In this document: positions 1 through 9,877 of the stretch, one piece after another
How the letters are laid out: each line of letters starts with the position of its first letter
Position numbering within the stretch: position 1 is the stretch's first letter
Assembly: GCA_023459215.1 (NCBI GenBank)
Contig: JAEWVF010000018.1
Span: forward strand, 70,243 to 134,242
Direction of reading: 5' to 3'
DNA: 64,000 nt
Source: Chloroflexota bacterium
Lineage (GTDB): Bacteria > Chloroflexota > Anaerolineae > Anaerolineales > Villigracilaceae
Made by a program: the position numbers and the translations under genes
Notes under the pieces: model-generated
What the model saw: the letters and a program-made list of their open reading frames with translations, nothing else
Databases searched by the model: none
Told to the model about the DNA's origin: nothing

Positions 1-86
1 TCTGTCCGTGCTGGGTAACGGGATGGGGCTGCTTGGGTGCAATCGGATGGGTGGGCATGTTAACTCCGCAAACAGGTACAAAAAAA

Positions 87-119
87 CCGCCGGAAACTCC
101 GGCGGCTTGTTTATTTTTT
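87..119. terminator. Bidirectional rho-independent terminator (8-bp GC stem ccgccgga/tccggcgg, A-run upstream, T-run downstream)
   Basis: Hairpin 87-105 flanked by aaaaaaa (80-86) and ttgtttatttttt (106-119); lies immediately 3' of the minus-strand gene ending at 118. Confidence 0.6.
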
Positions 120-444
120 ATTCTTCAGTTTCTTCTTCTTCGCCGGTGTCGGTCAGGTCAAGGTAGATGTCCAACCCGACATACAGCAACTGCGCAATCC
201 CTTGCAGGATGAAGAAGTAGAAAGCGCCGAAGAGCGGCTTTGAGAGCAGGCTCGACCAGGCAATCACCTGTTGTAAGGGATCGGGCGGCATTTGCAGGGG
301 CCAGTTCTGAATCACGGACTGGATATCGCCGGTAAAGTTGAGCACATAAAAGGCCAAAATTAACCAGGAGAGAATGTTGGCGCCCAGCGCAATGCGAAAG
401 ACTGCGTTCTGGCTGTGCAGGGATTGGTTTTCTTGTTTTTCCAT
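118..444 (-). CDS. Small hydrophobic membrane protein with acidic C-terminal tail, function unknown
   Basis: 108-aa ORF, GGAG RBS 9 nt upstream of ATG, two predicted TM segments, terminator right after stop. Confidence 0.5.
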   Translation of the reverse strand: MEKQENQSLHSQNAVFRIALGANILSWLILAFYVLNFTGDIQSVIQNWPLQMPPDPLQQVIAWSSLLSKPLFGAFYFFILQGIAQLLYVGLDIYLDLTDTGEEEETEE

Positions 445-546
445 TCGGTTTTGCTCCGTTTGCGGGATAGAATTTAACAGTGCTTCTGATTGCCGGGCAC
501 CATTTTGCCTATTATCTCACCTTTTTCTGAGATTTTGCTGTGCGTT

Positions 547-897
547 TCAGGCTTTTTTGCTTTTCCTGCGGCATTCGGGGCAGGGACAGAGCGCGCGCAG
601 GTAGTACCAGTTGTAAATGCCGTAATCATGATAATCTTCCCAGACCAGGGTGATGCCGTAGGAGCCGGTTGCAACCACATTGGTCAGGTGGGTGGCCGGG
701 CTGTCTTCCAGCGCAACCGTAAACACTTCCGGGTCAGGTTCAGATTTCATATTCTCGTGTCCGCCGCGGCATTGGGCGCAGGGGCAGGCGGCCCGCAGGA
801 GCGAGAAGGGATAAATGCTGGTGTGGCCGTCGTTCCAGGTGACAGTCATTTCCATGGTTTGGCGATTGGCGGTAATACCGGTAGGGCGTTGATTCAT
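547..897 (-). CDS. DUF971-family protein (two CPCxxC repeats, gamma-butyrobetaine-hydroxylase N-terminal-like zinc-binding domain)
   Basis: Internal duplication TVTWNDG..LRAACPCAQC / ITLVWEDY..LRALCPCPEC; start may be the downstream Met (MEMTV). Confidence 0.55.
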   Translation of the reverse strand: MNQRPTGITANRQTMEMTVTWNDGHTSIYPFSLLRAACPCAQCRGGHENMKSEPDPEVFTVALEDSPATHLTNVVATGSYGITLVWEDYHDYGIYNWYYLRALCPCPECRRKSKKA

Positions 898-921
898 CGG
901 GAGCCTCGTAACAGGGATGGA

Positions 922-1404
922 TTAATTCTCAGGCGGCGGGATGTATTCAAGAAAGCTGGATGCCGCCCAGCCGACGCGTTGCTCATCATAAGGCGCGGTC
1001 AGGTACCACCAGGTATACCCGTCCAGTTCAACGGGGCCGTCGCGCACGATGAACATTTCCGAATCGAGCGCCAGGAACAGGAATTCACCTTGCAGCCCGG
1101 GGTTCGAGCGGATGCGCAAGCCTTGGCCATCGGTGCCGGCTACCTGGACATAACCGCCCAGCCCAACCTGGCCGGGAATTGGTGTCGGTGTCAGGTTCGG
1201 ATCGGGCGTGGCGGTTGGCGGAGGGGCGGATGTGCCGGTTGGGGCCGGGATAATGGTCAACGCAGCGGAGATACTTCCCGGTTCCGGGGCATCCGGCGCG
1301 CTGACAAACATCCAGACCAGGGCAACCAGCAGCAAAAACCCACCCAATCCGAGCGCGCCAAGCATGACGCCTGGTGAAAGCAAGCGGCGAAAATCGAAAT
1401 TCAT
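922..1404 (-). CDS. Membrane-anchored protein with Pro/Thr-rich linker and C-terminal bacterial SH3-like domain
   Basis: N-terminal TM helix, PT-rich low-complexity linker, C-terminal GYVQV..GLRIRSNPG..GEFLF..W motif typical of SH3b; ORF trimmed to Met MNFDF to avoid overlap with divergent kinase gene. Confidence 0.5.
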   Translation of the reverse strand: MNFDFRRLLSPGVMLGALGLGGFLLLVALVWMFVSAPDAPEPGSISAALTIIPAPTGTSAPPPTATPDPNLTPTPIPGQVGLGGYVQVAGTDGQGLRIRSNPGLQGEFLFLALDSEMFIVRDGPVELDGYTWWYLTAPYDEQRVGWAASSFLEYIPPPEN

Positions 1405-1491
1405 AGCCAGTATGATACCAGATTTGCGCCCAACCCTGCGGGAGAGCCTTGCCCGAAAAAACGCGAATCGGGATGATATAATCGGGGCAAC

Positions 1492-2613
1492 ATGAACGAA
1501 ACAGCCCTCCTCAACAATCGCTATCAATTGATCGAACCTCTTGGAACAGGCGGTATGGCGCAGGTTTTCCGCGCCCGCGACCTGATGCTGGAGCGGTTTG
1601 TTGCTGTCAAAGTCTTGCGCGCCGATTACTCCTCTGATGCGGAGTTCCAGGCGCGTTTCAGGCAGGAAGCCAAATCAGCGGCGAATCTTTCCCACCCGAA
1701 TATTGTCACTGTGCATGACTTTGGTTTTGACCAGGGCTACCTGTACCTGATCATGGAGTATGTTCCCGGCACCAACCTGAAAACCATGGTTGAAAACCTG
1801 GGCAAACTCAACCCCGACGATGCCCTGCCGCTGATTGTGCAGGCTTGCGCCGGGCTGGGGTATGCCCATCGCGCCGGTCTCGTTCATTGTGATGTGAAAC
1901 CGCATAACATGCTGGTTTCGCCTGACCAGCGCTTGAAAGTAACCGATTTCGGCATTGCCCGCGCCATCGCCAGCATCCACCCCGACGAGCAGAGCGATGT
2001 GATTTGGGGGTCGCCACTTTACTTTTCGCCCGAACAGGCTGCCGGGCAGGCGCCGTCTCCGGCCTCGGATGTTTATTCGTTGGGCGTGGTTATGTACGAA
2101 CTGATGACCGGACGCCCGCCTTTTGTGGCCAAAACTGCCGAGAAACTGGCTCAACTCCACCGCGAAGCCAACCCCATCCCGCCCAGCCAGTACAACCCGG
2201 CCATCAAGCCCGAGCTTGAGCAGATCATCCTGAAAGTGCTTTCCAAAGAACCATCCTCCCGCTATCGCACTGCCGATCAGTTGGGCCGGGTTTTGATGAA
2301 CTTTGGCGCTGCCCGTCGTTCCCCGGCGGTAGGCCTGAGTGAGCCGGCCTCCCAACCGCCGCCGCAGCCCGTGGTTCCTGCACCGGTGGCAGCGCCAGCA
2401 CGCGCGCCGCAAATCGTTCGGCCCGCGCCTCGCCCGGCGGCCAACCCCACGCCCGCGCCGCTCAGCATCTCGCCCGCCGAATCGATTGAAGCCGAAATTC
2501 TCGATTTCGATTGGATTTCCGTCCTGTTGGGCTTGTTGGCTCTGCTGGCCGTTGGCGGCCTGATACCGTTCTGGATGTTCGTTTATTACCAGTGGGTTTC
2601 GCCCCTTCCCTGA
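1492..2613 (+). CDS. Hanks-type Ser/Thr protein kinase with Pro-rich linker and C-terminal TM anchor
   Basis: GTGGMAQVF glycine loop, VAVK, HCDVKPHN catalytic loop, DFGIA, SPEQ activation segment; C-terminal hydrophobic helix. Confidence 0.9.
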   Translation: MNETALLNNRYQLIEPLGTGGMAQVFRARDLMLERFVAVKVLRADYSSDAEFQARFRQEAKSAANLSHPNIVTVHDFGFDQGYLYLIMEYVPGTNLKTMVENLGKLNPDDALPLIVQACAGLGYAHRAGLVHCDVKPHNMLVSPDQRLKVTDFGIARAIASIHPDEQSDVIWGSPLYFSPEQAAGQAPSPASDVYSLGVVMYELMTGRPPFVAKTAEKLAQLHREANPIPPSQYNPAIKPELEQIILKVLSKEPSSRYRTADQLGRVLMNFGAARRSPAVGLSEPASQPPPQPVVPAPVAAPARAPQIVRPAPRPAANPTPAPLSISPAESIEAEILDFDWISVLLGLLALLAVGGLIPFWMFVYYQWVSPLP

Positions 2614-3281
2614 TGCCGCCCAACGCGCCCGTCCTGGCCCCCTCCATCCTTTCAGCCGATTTTACTCGTCTCGGTGAGCAGATTTCCGCTTGCGATTATG
2701 CCGGTGCGGATTGGATTCATGTGGATGTGATGGATGGCCACTTTGTGCCGAACCTGACCTTCGGCCCGCTCATCCTGCAAGCCTGCCGGCGCGCGACCGC
2801 CCTGCCCCTTGATGTGCATCTGATGGTCGAGAAGCCGGAATCCATGCTGGAGGCTTTTGCCCGCGCCGGGGCTTCGCGCCTGACCGTGCATGTGGAAACC
2901 TGCCCGCACCTGCACCGCACCCTTGAGCAGATCCGCGAACTGGGCGTTTTGCCCGGTGTGACGTTAAACCCCTCCACCCCGGCGATTGCGCTGAAAGAGA
3001 TTTTGCCGCTGGTCGACCTGGTGCTGGTAATGAGCGTCAATCCCGGTTTTGGCGGGCAGAAGTTCATCGAGGCCAGCCTGGGCAAGATTGCCGAAATCCG
3101 CCGCATGTTGGATGAAATTGGTTCGACGGCCTGGCTTGAAGTCGATGGCGGCGTCTCGGTCGAGACCCTGCCGCGCTTGCGAGCTGCCGGCGCGGATGCT
3201 TTCGTGGCCGGGAATTCGGTTTTCAACCATCGAGACGGGATCCAGGCCGGGGTGAGGGCGCTGCGCGAGCTGCTGGTTTAG
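2613..3281 (+). CDS. rpe: Ribulose-phosphate 3-epimerase
   Basis: PSILSADF..HVDVMDGHFVPN..MSVNPGFGGQ motifs; ATG overlaps kinase stop (TGATG). Confidence 0.9.
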   Translation: MPPNAPVLAPSILSADFTRLGEQISACDYAGADWIHVDVMDGHFVPNLTFGPLILQACRRATALPLDVHLMVEKPESMLEAFARAGASRLTVHVETCPHLHRTLEQIRELGVLPGVTLNPSTPAIALKEILPLVDLVLVMSVNPGFGGQKFIEASLGKIAEIRRMLDEIGSTAWLEVDGGVSVETLPRLRAAGADAFVAGNSVFNHRDGIQAGVRALRELLV

Positions 3282-3386
3282 CGGTTCCCGCCTGACGTGG
3301 AAACCCTGCTTCAACGGTGAAACGTCGGGCGCTTAAAACAAAAATCACGGCCTGCGCCGTGACTCTTGGGTCGAAAGATAGGCTGA

Positions 3387-3569
3387 CTAAGCCGACTTGA
3401 CCATCGTGCGGATGCACTTGGTGCAAAGGGATTTCTGGAGTTTGCGGCCATTTTCGAACACGGTCACTTTTTGCAAATTGGGTAAGAATTTGCGGTTGGT
3501 GGCGCGCAGAGAGAAGGAACGATTATGTCCGAAAGTGGTGGTTTTACCGCAATGAGCGCATTTAGCCAT
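3387..3569 (-). CDS. rpmB: 50S ribosomal protein L28
   Basis: 60 aa, MAKCAHCGK..NPNLQKV..CTKC zinc-ribbon L28 signature; AAGGAAG RBS. Confidence 0.9.
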   Translation of the reverse strand: MAKCAHCGKTTTFGHNRSFSLRATNRKFLPNLQKVTVFENGRKLQKSLCTKCIRTMVKSA

Positions 3570-3686
3570 CTGTAAACTTCCTTTCTTGCTATAATTGCAG
3601 GGTTCTTTTTGACAGGCGCGTTATTCTAACACAAATCGTATCCTTCTACAAGAGAAGTGTTATTAAACTAGCAAAGGAAAAAGACT

Positions 3687-4043
3687 ATGGGACAGGAAAA
3701 AACGACACTGGGAAGCATCCATATTGCGCCCAACGCCGTGGCAACGATTGCCTATCATGCCACTTTGCAATCTTACGGGGTGGTTGGGTTGGCCCCGAAG
3801 AATCTGGCGGAAGGCATTGCGGCAACCATCACCCGTGAACCGACACGTGGGGTGAATGTCCACTTTGACGGCGAAAAGCTGGATATTGATATTTATGTGA
3901 TTGTCGAATACGGAACGCGGATTTCATCTGTGGCGCAAAGCGTGGCCAACGCTGTCCGCTACCAGGTGGAAAAGACAATCGGTTTGCATGTTAATCACGT
4001 TAATGTGCATGTGCAGGGGCTGCGAGTTAGCAACTCCGATTAG
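3687..4043 (+). CDS. Asp23/Gls24 (alkaline shock protein, DUF322) family protein
   Basis: 118 aa; conserved rpmB / asp23 / yloV neighbourhood as in Firmicutes. Confidence 0.8.
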   Translation: MGQEKTTLGSIHIAPNAVATIAYHATLQSYGVVGLAPKNLAEGIAATITREPTRGVNVHFDGEKLDIDIYVIVEYGTRISSVAQSVANAVRYQVEKTIGLHVNHVNVHVQGLRVSNSD

Positions 4044-4094
4044 TGGATTATCCTGAATGTTATCTTACCCTCGGTCGAGAGGAGAATTTTTCGT

Positions 4095-5735
4095 ATGAGC
4101 AAGAAGCCTGTAGACGGCCTCGAATTTAAAAAGTTGGTGGAGGCCGGTCTGGCCTGGCTGCGCGTTAACCATCAGATGGTAAACGCGCTTAATGTTTTCC
4201 CGGTGCCGGATGGCGACACCGGCACGAATATGCTGTTGACGATGCAAGCCGCTTATAACGAGGTGGCCAATGTCGGGCATCATGGCGCAGGTCAGATGGC
4301 GGCGGCGGTTGCCCAGGGCGCCCTGATGGGCGCGCGCGGCAACTCGGGCGTTATCCTTTCACAACTGTGGCGCGGATTTGCGCGCGGTTTGCACGGCGTG
4401 GAAGTGATTGATACCGCGGCGATGGCGCGCGCTTTTGCCGAATCGCGCGATACGGCCTATAAGGGTGTGGTTCGCCCGGTGGAAGGAACGATTCTGACGG
4501 TTTCGAAGGATGTTGCCACCGCAGCCGAAGCCGCCGCCCAACAAACCAACAGCCTGCGCGAGATGCTGCGCATTGTGGTGGCTGCTGCCGACGAATCTGT
4601 CCAGCGCACGCCGGAATACCTGCCGGTCTTGAAACAAGCCGGTGTGGTTGATTCCGGTGGCAAGGGCTTGTTCTTCATTCTCGAAGGGATTCTGCGCATG
4701 GTCGAAGGCCTGCCGCTCGATGCCCCGATTGTTTCTGTCCAGCCGTTATCGGCCATGAACCTGGAAAATGCCATGGAAGAAGTCGAAGAAGGTCAGGATT
4801 GGGAAGTTGTGGTCGATTTTCGCCCGGATAGTGGTTTCGAGTTGCAGTCCTTCTATGCCAAACTCGAAGAGATGGGTACTTCCATCCAGGTGGGCGAGGG
4901 CGAAGGCATGTATCGTATGCACATCCACACCCCGCTCGAAAAGCGCTATGAGCCGATTGATTACATCATGGGAATAGGCACCATCACCAAGGTGGCCATG
5001 GAAAACCTGCTGGCCCAGATGGACGAAATCGGCAGTCAGGCGAACGCCACCCAGATTGAACTGGCCAACGTGGAACCCGGCCAGATCGCGGTGGTGACAG
5101 TTTCTCCCGGCACCGGACTTTCGCGCATCTTTGCCAGCCTGGGCGTTACCGCGATTGTCGCCGGCGGCCAGACGATGAACCCGTCGACCAAGGATATCCT
5201 GGATGCGTTCGAGAACTTGCCAACCGATAAGGTCATTATCCTGCCGAATAACAAGAATATCGTTCTGGCGGCCAACCAGGCCAAGGAAGTGACCGTCAAG
5301 CAGGTCAAAGTCGTGCCCAGCCGCAATGTCCCGCAAGGGCTGGCGGCCATGCTTCACCTGAATCCGGATGGCGACCTGGACAAGGTAGCCGAGCGCATGA
5401 CCCAGGCGTTGGATGCGGTTGCTACCGGCGAAATCACGGTTGCGGTTCGCACGGTCGAAATTGACGGCGTCAATGTCGAAGAAGGCCAGGCGATTGCGCT
5501 GCTGAACGGCAAATTGGCCGTTTCTGCCGATACTGTCGAAAGCGCGGTGATGCAACTGCTGGAAAAAGCCAATGCCGCCGATTATGAGTTGATTACCCTC
5601 TTCTATGGCGAAGAAATGCGCCACCAGGAAGCCAATCGCGTGGCGGATATGATCCGCACCCAATATCCTGGCCAGGAGATTGAAGTGCAGGAGGGCGGCC
5701 AGCCGCACTATCACTTCATTATTGCAATCGAATAA
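4095..5735 (+). CDS. yloV: DAK2-domain fusion protein YloV (dihydroxyacetone-kinase-like)
   Basis: N-terminal Dak2 domain (DGDTGTNM), C-terminal DegV-like/DhaL-like domain; synteny with asp23. Confidence 0.85.
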   Translation: MSKKPVDGLEFKKLVEAGLAWLRVNHQMVNALNVFPVPDGDTGTNMLLTMQAAYNEVANVGHHGAGQMAAAVAQGALMGARGNSGVILSQLWRGFARGLHGVEVIDTAAMARAFAESRDTAYKGVVRPVEGTILTVSKDVATAAEAAAQQTNSLREMLRIVVAAADESVQRTPEYLPVLKQAGVVDSGGKGLFFILEGILRMVEGLPLDAPIVSVQPLSAMNLENAMEEVEEGQDWEVVVDFRPDSGFELQSFYAKLEEMGTSIQVGEGEGMYRMHIHTPLEKRYEPIDYIMGIGTITKVAMENLLAQMDEIGSQANATQIELANVEPGQIAVVTVSPGTGLSRIFASLGVTAIVAGGQTMNPSTKDILDAFENLPTDKVIILPNNKNIVLAANQAKEVTVKQVKVVPSRNVPQGLAAMLHLNPDGDLDKVAERMTQALDAVATGEITVAVRTVEIDGVNVEEGQAIALLNGKLAVSADTVESAVMQLLEKANAADYELITLFYGEEMRHQEANRVADMIRTQYPGQEIEVQEGGQPHYHFIIAIE

Positions 5736-5765
5736 CCCGCTCGCTTTGATCGAGTTACCTGAACG

Positions 5766-5810
5766 GAAGTAGAAAGCAGGAAGACAACCGCTTTCTACTT
5801 CTTAATTTTT
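5766..5810 (+). terminator. Rho-independent terminator after yloV
   Basis: Perfect 12-bp stem gaagtagaaagc/gctttctacttc followed by ttaattttt. Confidence 0.7.
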
Positions 5811-5821
5811 CTGTAAAAAAT

Positions 5822-6679
5822 ATGTCCCCTGTATCCAAAATCGGCCTTGTAACCGACTCGCCCTGCGACCTGCCCTTTGACCTGGTTGAAAAACACCGGA
5901 TTGAAGTGGTTCCGGCTATCCTGGTTCTGGATGGCCAATCCTATATCGATGGCGAAACCATTAGCCGCGAGGAGTTCTACCGCCGCCTGCCCGCGCTGCG
6001 CGTAGCGCCCAGCACAGCCGCGCCTTCGCCGCTGGCTTTTTCTGCGCGTTATGAGAAGTTTTTATCTGCGGGTTGTGAGCACGTTATTTGCATCAGCACG
6101 GCGGCCAGCCTGACCAGCCTGCACAATGTTGCCCGCGCGGCTGCTGCCGATTTCTCTGGGCGCGTGACGGTCCTCGATAGCGGCCAGTTAACCCTGGGAA
6201 TTGGATTCCAGGTGCTGGCTGCCGCCGAAGCGCTGGCTGCCGGGGCCGATCTTGCGGAAACCCTGGCGATTATCCAGTCCACCCGCCAGCGCATTCGGCT
6301 GATGGGCGTGCTCGACACGCTGGAATATGTCCGGCGCAGCGGGCGTGTGCCGGGATTGGTGGCTTCCCTGGGCGGTTTGCTCAACCTGAAGCCGGTGGTG
6401 ACGCTCGCTGAGGGCGTTGTCCGGCCTTTGGGCGCTGTGCGCACCACCCGTCAGGCCAACGAAAAGGTTCTGGATTTGCTGCTTGCCCAGGGCAGCCTGG
6501 AGCGCCTGGCCATCCTGCATACCAACGCCCCGGAACGCGCCGCGCAGTTCAGCGAAACCCTGGCCAATCGGGTTGCAGTCCCACCCGGGCTTTTAACCGT
6601 TAACCTGACCAGCGTTCTGGGCACCCACCTTGGCCCGAATGGTTTGGGATTCGCGGCAGTCATAAATCGGGTAAAATAG
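5822..6679 (+). CDS. DegV-family fatty-acid-binding protein (paralog 1)
   Basis: IGLVTDSPCDLP N-terminus, DegV fold motifs. Confidence 0.85.
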   Translation: MSPVSKIGLVTDSPCDLPFDLVEKHRIEVVPAILVLDGQSYIDGETISREEFYRRLPALRVAPSTAAPSPLAFSARYEKFLSAGCEHVICISTAASLTSLHNVARAAAADFSGRVTVLDSGQLTLGIGFQVLAAAEALAAGADLAETLAIIQSTRQRIRLMGVLDTLEYVRRSGRVPGLVASLGGLLNLKPVVTLAEGVVRPLGAVRTTRQANEKVLDLLLAQGSLERLAILHTNAPERAAQFSETLANRVAVPPGLLTVNLTSVLGTHLGPNGLGFAAVINRVK

Positions 6680-6686
6680 CCCCACT

Positions 6687-9245
6687 ATGCAAACCGCACT
6701 CGAAAAACTACGCAAATTTTTCCGTCTTGAAGCTGAAAACAAATACGAGAACAAGGCCGTCATCGGCGGCCTGGCGAAAATCCTTGATTTTTGGGAATCA
6801 GAAGCCCGCGCCGAAGGCGTCTCCGAGGAAACCATCCAACTGGTCGCCTCGCGCCTGCGCGATTACCACCGCCTGACCCCCGCCTCGCGCGCCGATACGT
6901 TAAAGGGGATTTGGAAACGCATCCAGGGCCAGGGCGATCTCAGCATTCCCGAACCGGTCTACGCCGCCGAAAGCGAATCGCAGCCGGAACCGACTCCCGA
7001 TTGGCTGGCTCCGGCCTCCGAACAGGCCCAGCCGGCCCCCAGGCCGCGCCCCGCAGCCGAAGCTGTGCCTCCGGCGCGCTATCCTGCATCAAGACCTGCT
7101 CCTGAATCCGCCCCCGCCCGCCGGATGGCCCCTTCGCGGGCATCATCCTTCCCCGGCGCGCAGACCTCCCAAACGCCTGCCGCCCTGAATGCCGATTTAA
7201 CCGTCCTGAACGGGGTTGGCCCTAAAAACGCATCTTCGCTGCAAAAACTGGGCATCCACACCCTGGGCGATTTGCTCTATCACTTCCCGCGCCGCTACGA
7301 CGATTACAGCCAGCTCCAGCCGATCCGCAACCTGATGTATGGCCAGGTTGTGACGGTTATTGGCCAGATTCAGAGCGTCAGCAACCGCCAGATTCGCGGC
7401 GGCAAAATGCAAATCATCGAAGCGGTGATCTCGGATGGTTCCGGTGCGCTGCGCCTGACCTGGTTCAATCAACCCTGGCTGGCCAATCGTTTTAAAGAAG
7501 GCTTGAATATCGCTGTGGCGGGCAAGGTCGAACAATACCTGGGTCGCTTGGTGATGAACAGCCCGGAATGGGAAATGGTCGAGGATGAGCACCTGCACAC
7601 CAACCGGATTGTGCCGGTTTATGGCCTGACAGCCAACATTACCCAAAAATGGCTGCGCCAGATGATGGATCAGGTGGTCAACTTCTGGTCGCCGCGCGTG
7701 GCCGACCCATTGCCCGAAAGCGTTAGAACTGCGGCGGAAGTTTACGGCCTGGGCGAGGCCATCCACCAGGCCCATTTCCCGGATAACCAGGACAATCTCA
7801 AGGCCGCGCGCCAGCGCCTGGCCTTTGATGAAATTTTCTACCTGCAAATGGGCGTCCTGCGCCAGAAACGGGATTTTGAAGCCGCCAGCGCGCGGGTTTT
7901 CGAGACGCCCGATGACTGGCTGGAAGCGCGCATTGCGGCCTTGCCCTTCCCGTTGACCGGGGCGCAGACCCGCGCCGCAGCCGACATCCGCGACGATTTG
8001 CTGTCCGGCCACCCGATGAACCGCCTCGTTCAGGGCGATGTCGGCTCCGGTAAGACGGTCGTGGCGGCCCTGGCAGCGATGATGATCACCCGGCACGGGG
8101 CGCAGGTGGCTATCATGGCCCCGACCTCGATCCTGGCCGAGCAGCATCTCAAGAATTTTTCGAATTTCCTGGTCATGGATGGCTTGCTCGCCGAAGGTCA
8201 GGTGCGCTTATTGACCGGCGACACCGGCAACGGGGAGCGCAGCGAGATCCTGGCCGGACTGGTTTCGGGCGAGATTAAAGTCCTGATTGGCACCCACGCC
8301 CTGATCGAGGAACCGGTCCAATTTGCCGATTTACAGTTGACGGTTATCGATGAGCAGCACCGCTTTGGCGTTGGCCAGCGCGCCGCCCTGCGCAACAAGG
8401 GCAGCAATCCGCATCTGTTGGTGATGACGGCCACGCCCATTCCACGCTCGCTGGCCCTGACCCTGTACGGCGACCTGAACCTTTCGATCATGGATGAAAT
8501 GCCGGCCGGACGCGAACCGGTTTCGACGCATGTTTTGACACCGAACGAGCGCGAGCGCGCCTATTCTCTCATCCGCAGCCAGATTAAGGCCGGGCGGCAG
8601 GCGTTCATCGTCTATCCGCTGATTGAAGAGAGCGAAAAGCTGGAAGACTTGAAGGCGGCGGTCGATGACCACGAGCGCCTTTCGAAAGAGATTTTCCCCG
8701 ATTTGAAGCTTGGTTTGCTGCACGGCAAAATGAAACCGGACGAAAAAGACCGCATCATGGCTGACCTGCGCGACAAGAAATATGACATCTTGGTCTCGAC
8801 CACGGTCATCGAAGTTGGCGTGGATGTGCCGAATGCAACGGTGATGTTGATCGAAGGCGCGAACCGCTTTGGCCTGGCGCAGTTGCATCAGTTGCGCGGA
8901 CGGGTTGGGCGCGGCGGCGGCGAGTCTTTCTGCCTGCTTATCCCCGACAAGGCCGATGCGACCGAGAACGAACGCTTGCAGGCAATGGCCGAAACGAATG
9001 ACGGCTTCCGCCTGGCTGAACTGGATTTGCAGCAGCGCGGTCCCGGCGAATTCCTGGGCACACGCCAGGCCGGCTTTGCCACAACGTTGAGAATGGCCTC
9101 GCTGACCGATGTGAACCTGATCGAAAAAGCCCGCCAGCACGCCGCCGATTTATTTGCCCTTGACCCGACCCTTGCCCAGCCTGAACACGCCCTGCTGGCC
9201 GAAGCCCTCGAGCGCTTCTGGAGCGGCAAGGGCGATGTGAGTTAG
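6687..9245 (+). CDS. recG: ATP-dependent DNA helicase RecG
   Basis: 852 aa; wedge domain, Walker A GDVGSGKT, DEQHRFGV, helicase C motifs. Confidence 0.95.
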   Translation: MQTALEKLRKFFRLEAENKYENKAVIGGLAKILDFWESEARAEGVSEETIQLVASRLRDYHRLTPASRADTLKGIWKRIQGQGDLSIPEPVYAAESESQPEPTPDWLAPASEQAQPAPRPRPAAEAVPPARYPASRPAPESAPARRMAPSRASSFPGAQTSQTPAALNADLTVLNGVGPKNASSLQKLGIHTLGDLLYHFPRRYDDYSQLQPIRNLMYGQVVTVIGQIQSVSNRQIRGGKMQIIEAVISDGSGALRLTWFNQPWLANRFKEGLNIAVAGKVEQYLGRLVMNSPEWEMVEDEHLHTNRIVPVYGLTANITQKWLRQMMDQVVNFWSPRVADPLPESVRTAAEVYGLGEAIHQAHFPDNQDNLKAARQRLAFDEIFYLQMGVLRQKRDFEAASARVFETPDDWLEARIAALPFPLTGAQTRAAADIRDDLLSGHPMNRLVQGDVGSGKTVVAALAAMMITRHGAQVAIMAPTSILAEQHLKNFSNFLVMDGLLAEGQVRLLTGDTGNGERSEILAGLVSGEIKVLIGTHALIEEPVQFADLQLTVIDEQHRFGVGQRAALRNKGSNPHLLVMTATPIPRSLALTLYGDLNLSIMDEMPAGREPVSTHVLTPNERERAYSLIRSQIKAGRQAFIVYPLIEESEKLEDLKAAVDDHERLSKEIFPDLKLGLLHGKMKPDEKDRIMADLRDKKYDILVSTTVIEVGVDVPNATVMLIEGANRFGLAQLHQLRGRVGRGGGESFCLLIPDKADATENERLQAMAETNDGFRLAELDLQQRGPGEFLGTRQAGFATTLRMASLTDVNLIEKARQHAADLFALDPTLAQPEHALLAEALERFWSGKGDVS

Positions 9246-9258
9246 GAGATTCCCAAAA

Positions 9259-9777
9259 ATGGTACGAGCCATGTTCCCTGGCACGTTTGACCCAATCCAC
9301 TACGGGCACATCGATATTGCCAACCGCGCCACCAAGCTGTTTGACGAAGTGGTGATTGCTGTCTATGACAAGCCGCTCAAGAGTCTGTTGTTCTCGCCCG
9401 AAGAACGCATGGAGTTGGTCAAAGAGTCTTTTTTGGACAACCCGAAAATCCGCGTGACTGGCTATAGTGGCCTGACCGTCAATGCCTGCAAGGCGCTCGA
9501 CGCCCAGGTCATCATGCGCGGCTTGCGGGTCTTTTCTGATTTCGAGTTTGAGTTCCGCATGGCCTTGGCCAATCATCGCCTGGCGCCGGATATTGAAATC
9601 GTTTCCTTTATCACCCACGAGGAACACACCTTCCTGTCCTCGACCACTGTGCGCGAAATCGCCACCCTGGATGGCGATATTTCCAGCATGGTTCCCGCCC
9701 ACGTGGAAGCGGCCCTCAAGCGGCGTGTGCGCGACATCGACGACCATCATCGCCCCGCCTACGCGGCCAGGGATTGA
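9259..9777 (+). CDS. coaD: Phosphopantetheine adenylyltransferase
   Basis: FPGTFDPIHYGH motif, 172 aa, AGGAG RBS. Confidence 0.9.
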   Translation: MVRAMFPGTFDPIHYGHIDIANRATKLFDEVVIAVYDKPLKSLLFSPEERMELVKESFLDNPKIRVTGYSGLTVNACKALDAQVIMRGLRVFSDFEFEFRMALANHRLAPDIEIVSFITHEEHTFLSSTTVREIATLDGDISSMVPAHVEAALKRRVRDIDDHHRPAYAARD

Positions 9778-9877
9778 TGCTGTTAAAAACAGAACAAAAA
9801 TTTTTATTTCAATGGGTTTGTGCTAGAATAATTAAGTACTACGCTTAGAAATTGCAGAAATTCGCGGAGCAAGCAAA

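Noticed and set aside
490-1377. 295-aa plus-strand ORF (and 374..604) overlapping the DUF971 and SH3b genes
   Set aside because: Arg/Gly/Ala-rich translation typical of an antisense frame in high-GC DNA; overlaps better-supported genes on the other strand.
1675-2412. 245-aa minus-strand ORF inside the Ser/Thr kinase gene
   Set aside because: Antisense shadow ORF; no motifs; kinase frame has clear catalytic signatures.
2511-2612. Upstream in-frame extensions offered by the ORF track (rpe from 2511; flotillin to 33177; channel to 35370; etfA from 37551; DUF3592 to 41038; thrC from 41830; PD40 lipoprotein to 50175; photolyase to 51511; cyclase to 53433)
   Set aside because: Extensions would overlap the preceding gene or lack an RBS; internal Met codons with SD-like sequences and family-typical N-termini were chosen instead.
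7197-9750. Long minus-strand ORFs (7197..8147, 8331..9140, 8938..9750) inside recG/coaD
   Set aside because: Antisense to a gene with unambiguous helicase motifs; R/G-rich composition.
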